Source of the DNA: Tubulanus polymorphus
Taxonomy: Eukaryota; Animalia; Nemertea
NCBI RefSeq assembly: GCF_964204645.1
Contig: NC_134027.1
Coordinates: 25,382,560-25,446,559 of the forward strand
Reading direction: 5' to 3'
DNA length: 64,000 nt
Shown: positions 35,440 through 64,000 of the stretch, piece by piece
Numbering within the stretch: position 1 is the first letter of the stretch
How the letters are laid out: each line of letters starts with the position of its first letter
Program-made: the position numbers and the translations under genes
Notes under the pieces: model-generated
What the model was told of the DNA's origin: nothing
The model's input: the letters and a program-made list of their open reading frames with translations, nothing else
The model's database searches: none

Positions 35440-38071
35440 CAGGGGTTGGTTGCAGTCATAACTGGAATTTAAGAAAATCGGTCTCAGACAATCTTAGTGT
35501 TTGGCCAAGGATAGTCCAGGCTCTCAGACAGCAATAGGAAGCAGATAGACAGAGATAGGAATCAGATACAGAGATAGATAAGTCCTTATCCTGGTTGCAA
35601 AATCGAGATTCATCCTTCAGATTGAACTAAAAAAAAAAATTTTGTTTGTTTCAGGCTGTTGAGATATTATTGAAAACGTTTTTGGTCAGAACACGACGCG
35701 GGGAGGAAGAGAATTTAATACGTAATATTACTCCTTACATCGTTCACTACTGACTGGACGATGACGACTACGCTACTGCTGCTGTCGCCATCTATTGAGC
35801 GCGTTTAGAGTTTAACTCTCGTCTCTGTGAGTTCGCTACATAACAGTACAGACGAGACACAATAAACTTTGTCGCGCGCGCGCGATTCATTTCACAAACT
35901 ATTATTAGCGCCGTTTCTACGATGGTCAGCGGGTGATTGAGAGCAGCAACGCATATTTAATTACATTGTTAATTACTAATTAACGGAGGGACATTGGGTC
36001 AATCGTAAACCGGGTCGCTGTTTTCGCGAGTGAACAACCGGTCGGCGGCGACGACTTTGTTATTTTCATTTGTCGAATGATTTCGCTCGATTATCACTAT
36101 TATTATTATTATTATTTTTATCGATAATAATTATTATTACGAATATTGTGTATATATATATAGATATGAATGATGGTGAAGTAATGGTAAATGTAGCCCC
36201 CCAGAACGCCCCTAGTTTCACAGTTTCCAGCATTTTCACGATGATTTCGATAAACTGGCAATTATGATTTGTAAACATTTTATCAAAGATAATGCAGCGG
36301 TATTTTCTTAGTGGATACAGTAAGACCCCGGCTTAATCCGGATATTGATCTAATCCGGAGATTATTGACACTATACATAAAGCGGACTAAAAATGAGGTA
36401 AAAGTCTCATAAACCGAGTGAATTTCATTGATCCCGAACGATCTGGATTAAGTTGGGGTTTATTGTTTGTGTTAGGGCCAGGGTAAATCACATCGTTGTA
36501 GTATAAACACTTACGTTAACACTAACTACTGTACGCAGTCCCACGGTTGTGAGTTAGAGTTTATAATCAATTCGTTTTCCTAACTCGTGTCTGTGGAACT
36601 GGGTTCTTGCGTTTGAATAATTTCTGTTAAGAATTCTTGTTACCTCGAGTTAGATTAGCGGGGAATCGCAGGATTAACGTCCCCTGAAGATTGCGCTTAA
36701 ACGTCATGCTCCTAGTTTCTAGTCAGTTTAAGAATGCGGCACGTATTTAAAAAGAATTTGTGCCTAAACGAGTTATTTTATTTTCCGGAATGCGATTCGC
36801 ATAATTGTGACTAGACTTTGTTAGATCGACTACCGGTATATTATAATCAAGATGGTTTCGGACTCGTCTCGATCAAAGTCATGACGTGTGTGCAGCCCCC
36901 CTTTGGTTTAGTTTCGAATAAGTATAGCGCTCCGTGTTCAAATATCGAAATTATTTTTAAAGAATTTTTGTTATCAGCCGGATTTTTCTTTTCTTTTTTA
37001 ACTGTTATTTCGTGAAATGTGCATTGTGAAGACGACGTCGGCAAATCTTATATTTCTACGCAAAAAAATGACTTAAGATGGCAGTTATTTAAGTTTCAAT
37101 GATCAGAGCTAAGAAAACAGATGGAAAAGGTGAATTTTGTAGTTGCTTTAGTGTTAATTTATGAAATGTGATTCGGGACCCAGTTCCACGGTTCTCTGGT
37201 CAAAAACCGACCGGACTGTCGAACCGGGTCCTGAAGATTTTAATGAACCTTTCAGCCGCAGCCTTGTCAATTCATCCCGTCGATAATAGATTTAAATAAA
37301 TCTGCATTTTGCCTTCGCTAACCTCGTTAGTGCATCGTCGGTGAGAAGGGTTAATTAAGGTTATTAATAATTGTGCTAACTCGAAACTTCTCGATGAATT
37401 GAAATGTGCCTACTGTGTGTACATACGATACATGTAGCTGTGTGTTCCTCATTAAAATCATAATGTGCAAGTATATGTATATATTTTCTTTGCATTTGAT
37501 CGAATATCCACCCGAGAAGGACGCGTCTTACCGTGTCAGTGTTCGTAGCCTCTCGGCCTGAAGCAGTTTCGCGAAAAAGTTATCGACTCAAATTTTTCGT
37601 TTAGTCGCTATTGGTTATTTCAAGTTTTCAATGCAGACAACAATTCAAATTTAATCTTGAAAACTTTTTCATCGAACGGCACCAAGTAGTCTAATTGTTG
37701 GTAACCAATCTGTATACATAGAGAGTTCCTGTTTTGCTAGCCAGGGTCCAGTTGGGAGGTTAGCACTGACTTTAGTTTGACTGTAGTTGGACACTTCCGA
37801 TTTTCTCAAATTTGAACCGGAAACTACAGCAGTGGACCCAGGTTTTTTACGGTACTCCGATCTTGTCTCCATCTTCAGTTTAAAATCTACTTGCACTTCA
37901 TGTACTACGTGAAATTCGTTATCAGAGTATTGAATATAGCTTCTCGAGACATCCTCATAATCGCACCCGGCTTGTAGTGATACCTGATTGGAGCCGGCTT
38001 GTAGTGATACCCGATCGGTCCTACTCTTCCGGAACTCGGTCCAGTATTCAATTGGCCCAAAAAAATGAACA

Positions 38072-38077
38072 AATAAA
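38072..38077 (+). terminator. Candidate distal LSM14 polyadenylation signal
   Basis: AATAAA followed by GT/T-rich sequence; a proximal AATAAA lies at 35861. Confidence 0.3.
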
Positions 38078-38942
38078 ACTACGCGATTTGGTATCGATTT
38101 AAATCTTGAAGGTATTGCGAAAACAAACGTCTTTTGTTTTTAAATGTAAATTATTTTGAAAAGCGGCAGGCATTCCACGGTGAACTGAACCGATCATTCT
38201 GTTGTGTATAGATTTATTTTGTTTTTGGTTCTCGAGTCAGTTTCGCTTGAAAAGCTTTCGGAAATATTGCAGAAAATGATAATACGGTCGAATACGCTTC
38301 AGTTGTCATCGGAGACAGTCGTCTCGTTGCTTAAGTCATCGCTGTTTCTTTGTCCCAATCGGTATTTTCCGGGTTAAATAGCGAGTCTCCAAAGCACTTT
38401 TGGAAAAACTTGCCCATTAAAAGTGCTTACTTTTGACTTTGAACGTACTGGTATCCCTATAGTTAGCTACACCTGCATTTGACATTATTTACTTTTGGCT
38501 GCAGCAATTTATGTTGAGACTTGAACGATCAAAAAGTATCACTTTCACCTTACAAAAGTGCTTACAAGAGAATAAGGGATGGAACAGGTGGGGAGTTGAT
38601 ATATGGTAGAACGTTCCTCGATGAAGGTTTCGAATTCAAGCAAGGCGCGAATATTTTTACTCTCAACGACCAATCGTTGCTAAGATAGGCTCGAATTTTA
38701 GAGCGTTCGCGTGTTGCGTTCGGTCTAGTTAGTTTTACCAATACTGGTCTAGTGATTCGAGGCTAGACGAATTGAACGTTTGAAAAACAATTCACTATTC
38801 AATAATGCGGTAAATATCTAACAGAGTTAGTCTTACAGCTTACAGCCTCCAGAGTGACAGATGACGTGAGCAACGTTGACTGTACTTAAAATAAATTGCA
38901 CAGTTAGTTTATGAATGAAGACATGTAATGTGTTATTAGTAG

Positions 38943-39382
38943 GGTATTTAATTGATACTATTTGTGGTATTTAATTGATATTATTTGTGGTATTTAATTG
39001 ATACTGTTTGTGGTATTTAATTGATACTGTTTGTGGTATTTAATTGATACTGTTTGTGGTATTTAATTGATACTGTTTGTGGTATTTAATTGATACTATT
39101 TGTGGTATTTAATTGATACTGTTTGTGGTATTTAATTGATACTACTTGTGGTATTTAATTGATACTATTTGTGGTATTTAATTGATACTGTTTGTGGTAT
39201 TTAATTGATACTGTTTGTGGTATTTAATTGATACTGTTTGTGGTATTTAATTGATACTATTTGTGGTATTTAATTGATACTACTTGTGGTATTTAATTGA
39301 TACTACTTGTGGTATTTAATTGATACTATTTGTGGTATTTAATTGATACTATTTGTGGTATTTAATTGATACTATTTGTGGT
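38943..39382. repeat. 23-bp minisatellite, about 19 highly similar copies
   Basis: GGTATTTAATTGATACT(A/G)(T/C)TTGT repeated head-to-tail between LSM14 and TRPC. Confidence 0.97.
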
Positions 39383-40428
39383 GTGTACTATAGAGTCAGG
39401 GGTGGTACATTATATAGTTTTTCGCTGCAAGTGGTTTGGTATTAATAATAAAATGATAATATCGATATATGTTTATTGTATTATTATTATCATTATTGAT
39501 TGATTGAAAAATATGAATAAAGATGAGCATTTTCTAGACGCAAAATGATTTCTTTTAGTTTTAAGTAGTTCATGGCGCTGTCTTATGATTTTTGATCGGA
39601 CGGAGAAAGTCTGAGCTGAGATCGACATTTAATGAACGTCATCTGAACGTTTGAATTAATGCAGTTATCATTCTGTCCTACGGATATTCGTACATCATTC
39701 TTCCAACCTGCGATTGTCCACGCTTCACGTGTGTTCAGTAGGCCTACCCATCTTTTTTCTGATTGAAACTGAATTACGAACACACTGGCTGGGTTTCATA
39801 GATGTGCAAGCAAAATAGTCTCTGGGAACATTTGAAAAATTTGTCAGTTATAGCCATGGTTTCTCATTGTTACTATGGTGGTTGTTAACCAGATTTAGGA
39901 GTTATCCAAGGGACTGATACCAGTCTATGGAACCGGGCCCAGATATTTTATCAGTACTTTAAAAAAAAAACTGATGTCCAAACTGCACATGTGGTCAGTA
40001 CTTCGCAGATGATTGGATTTCTCTGAACTGATTCAAAGTTTACAGTAAATCTCCGCCTCGGGGGCGAGTTTTGCTGTAACCCTCGAAACTCTGTTAATGA
40101 ATTAGATTCCTAACTGATTTGCGACGATGATGGTGTAAAATGGGGCGGGGGACAGGATCCCCATAGAAAGAAAGGTAAAAAGATATATGAGTACACGTGC
40201 GCACATCATTATGCGACTCGACTGAGGAAATACGTCAACCGTCGTTTCGATATTAGTTCCACTCTCTACACCACATGATGTGAACACGAATGATTCGAAA
40301 TTTCGATATAAGTTCTCGATGCAGATTATACGAATGACTCGAAACCAATTCTCGGCTCTATCGCCGTCCGGTCAACGACCGCCGTTTTGACGAAATTTCT
40401 CGATCGAATCTCCGCTACAATATTCCCC

Positions 40429-40488
40429 TGACGTCATCATCGTCCTCGTGACTGTACTGCGAAAATCATCGTGATGCAAGTATTTAAA
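40429..40488 (+). promoter_or_regulatory. Putative TRPC core promoter: full CRE plus TATA-like box
   Basis: TGACGTCA at 40429-40436 and TATTTAAA at 40481-40488, in a CpG-rich patch ~120-180 bp upstream of the proposed first ATG. Confidence 0.5.
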
Positions 40489-40604
40489 ACTGGAGCGTCG
40501 CACATCTGTTGAATCGTCGTGCGAGTCGACACACACTCATTCAGCGCACACCCAGCTGTGCTTTTTACCGCTTTATAATCGTTTACTTCACAAGACACTA
40601 CAAA

Positions 40605-62308
<21,704 letters not shown>

Positions 62309-63412
62309 ACGTTAAGGGTGTCGTCGTTTCTAATAGAGGTCTTACACGTGACGTCATTGTTAGATTGCCAACCAATGCTGGAGATTTGCTGCTACATAAC
62401 ACAAGATAATCAGGATTCAGTTCTTTTTGTGAGTTCGAACTGACCATCTAGTTGAAAGTAGTTCATTTTCAATGATTTAACTTGATTCACTTGGAACTGG
62501 GACCAGACAGTCGTCCGAGATTACACACTTCGATATAATTAGTTCAGTTTCATTGAGTTAACTTAGTCAAATCTTAACTCGCACAGTAGATCTTGGGCCT
62601 GAGAATTTAAAACTTCGAGACGTCCGCAACTTATTGTGTCTGACCAGCAATATCTATATGGTGTGCTGTCACGTGAAAAAAGGACCTCTAACAATGAACT
62701 CTGTGATTGATAATTCAGGACTGTAAATATTTTATTCAGAACATAGTGACATTTAAATCGCCTTTAGAAAATTACACGTTGATTAAGATAAGCATGGAAC
62801 TTCTCTGGGTTCGATTTTATTAAAATGACCCTTGTATGGTAATTACATGTATATTGTGTGGTAATTTTTACACCGTCAAAAATGTAGATATCTATATTAA
62901 AAATGTACGCATTCACTGTTTTATTTTCATTATATCAAATGATATCTTAGTTGGTTGAAAAGATCCTTCATTTGGCTCAATAATTTATGAATGTCCTTTT
63001 ATGGCAGGAACACACGAATTCCTGGGGAATGGATGTTTTCCAACAGTGGGAAATTCCACAATAAGTCCAGAAATGTTCAGTTGTAAGTGAATATATTAAC
63101 TAACGGCATCGTCTTGCTATAATATTATATTCACTTATTTTCTGGACCTTATATCTGGTATCTATATTCCTTGCACGGGAATAGCGTATTTTTACCTCGA
63201 CCCATTATGTTTTCCATCTTCTTAAAATTGTTCGTAAAGCTACACTGTACAAAGATTTTAGTGAATAGAGTTCGAGGACTAAAGAAGTGACCGTAGACTT
63301 GGATTTTACCTTGTGTATTTCTTCATTTGATCAAGATATAAAATAATATCACTGTCTCAATGTATTATAAATAACCCTTTTATATTATCTCACGTGCTAC
63401 TCTGAAAATATG

Positions 63413-63418
63413 AATAAA
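63413..63418 (+). terminator. Candidate TRPC polyadenylation signal
   Basis: AATAAA followed by GT-rich sequence ~1.1 kb after the stop codon. Confidence 0.4.
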
Positions 63419-64000
63419 GTTTATGTAATTGTTGTATATTATGAATGTAAGTTTTCATCGGTTTGAAAAGATGTCGTGGAGACAAATCGGACAAAATTGC
63501 TGCTCAGCCATCGCCAACAAAATCCCTTCATCCAGTCCCGAGTGACCGGTTCACGGCGCTCCGTATACCGCGTCAGGTACTATCAGCTCGCGTGAACTAC
63601 TGTTCCGACGCTGGCATGCATTGATTACAGTTTTGACTGCCAATTTAGAGAATCTAAGAAATAAGTTCCGCAACCGTTATTAGAATCAAAAATAAGGAAA
63701 CTCGCTGATTCGAATCAATTTAATTATTTATTCGCTAAGACCAACGAATCGTCTGTATAAAATGTTACAATATATATATATTATATACAAAATATCGCAA
63801 TTCACATGAAAATTCAACCATTCTTGAGCAGCAACATCTTCGAAACAATGGAATCTTGATTATGAAAAACTAATCGTTGGCTCAAATCAAAAGGAACATA
63901 CAAAACCGAATCATACAAAATAACGAAAAATTAACATACAGAAGAGGTTCATTACACGAATCTCCAACATCTCACGTGATGCTTACAGATATTCTAGAAA

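Noticed and set aside
38943-39382. CRISPR-like array
   Set aside because: Units are directly adjacent with no unique spacers, there are no cas genes, and the context is eukaryotic; this is a plain minisatellite.

Overview
AT-rich, intron-dense eukaryotic (invertebrate animal) genomic DNA, not prokaryotic; most entries in the ORF track are exon fragments or noise. Splicing GT-AG exons by hand gives four frame-consistent genes: (1) the 3' part of a sortilin (SORT1-type VPS10 receptor, +, ending ...YHDDSDDDLLE* at 10272); (2) TAF4 (-, 14 exons, about 861 aa); (3) LSM14/RAP55 (+, 9 coding exons, about 532 aa), head-to-head with TAF4 across 524 bp; (4) a TRPC-family channel (+, 15 exons, about 910 aa). 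Introns hold many small non-autonomous elements (PIF/Harbinger-, pogo-, hAT-, piggyBac- and P-like MITEs), a tRNA-derived SINE, a probable solo LTR, minisatellites and long palindromes. The most notable signals are short Penelope-like elements carrying minimal hammerhead-ribozyme motifs (one locus has a hammerhead on each strand), a modular phase-0 sortilin tail with a 21-nt microexon, a TAF4-LSM14 pairing that matches human TAF4-LSM14B, and two duplications that copy TRPC splice donors. I found no clearly novel protein-coding system. All coordinates were read by eye and may be off by a few bases.
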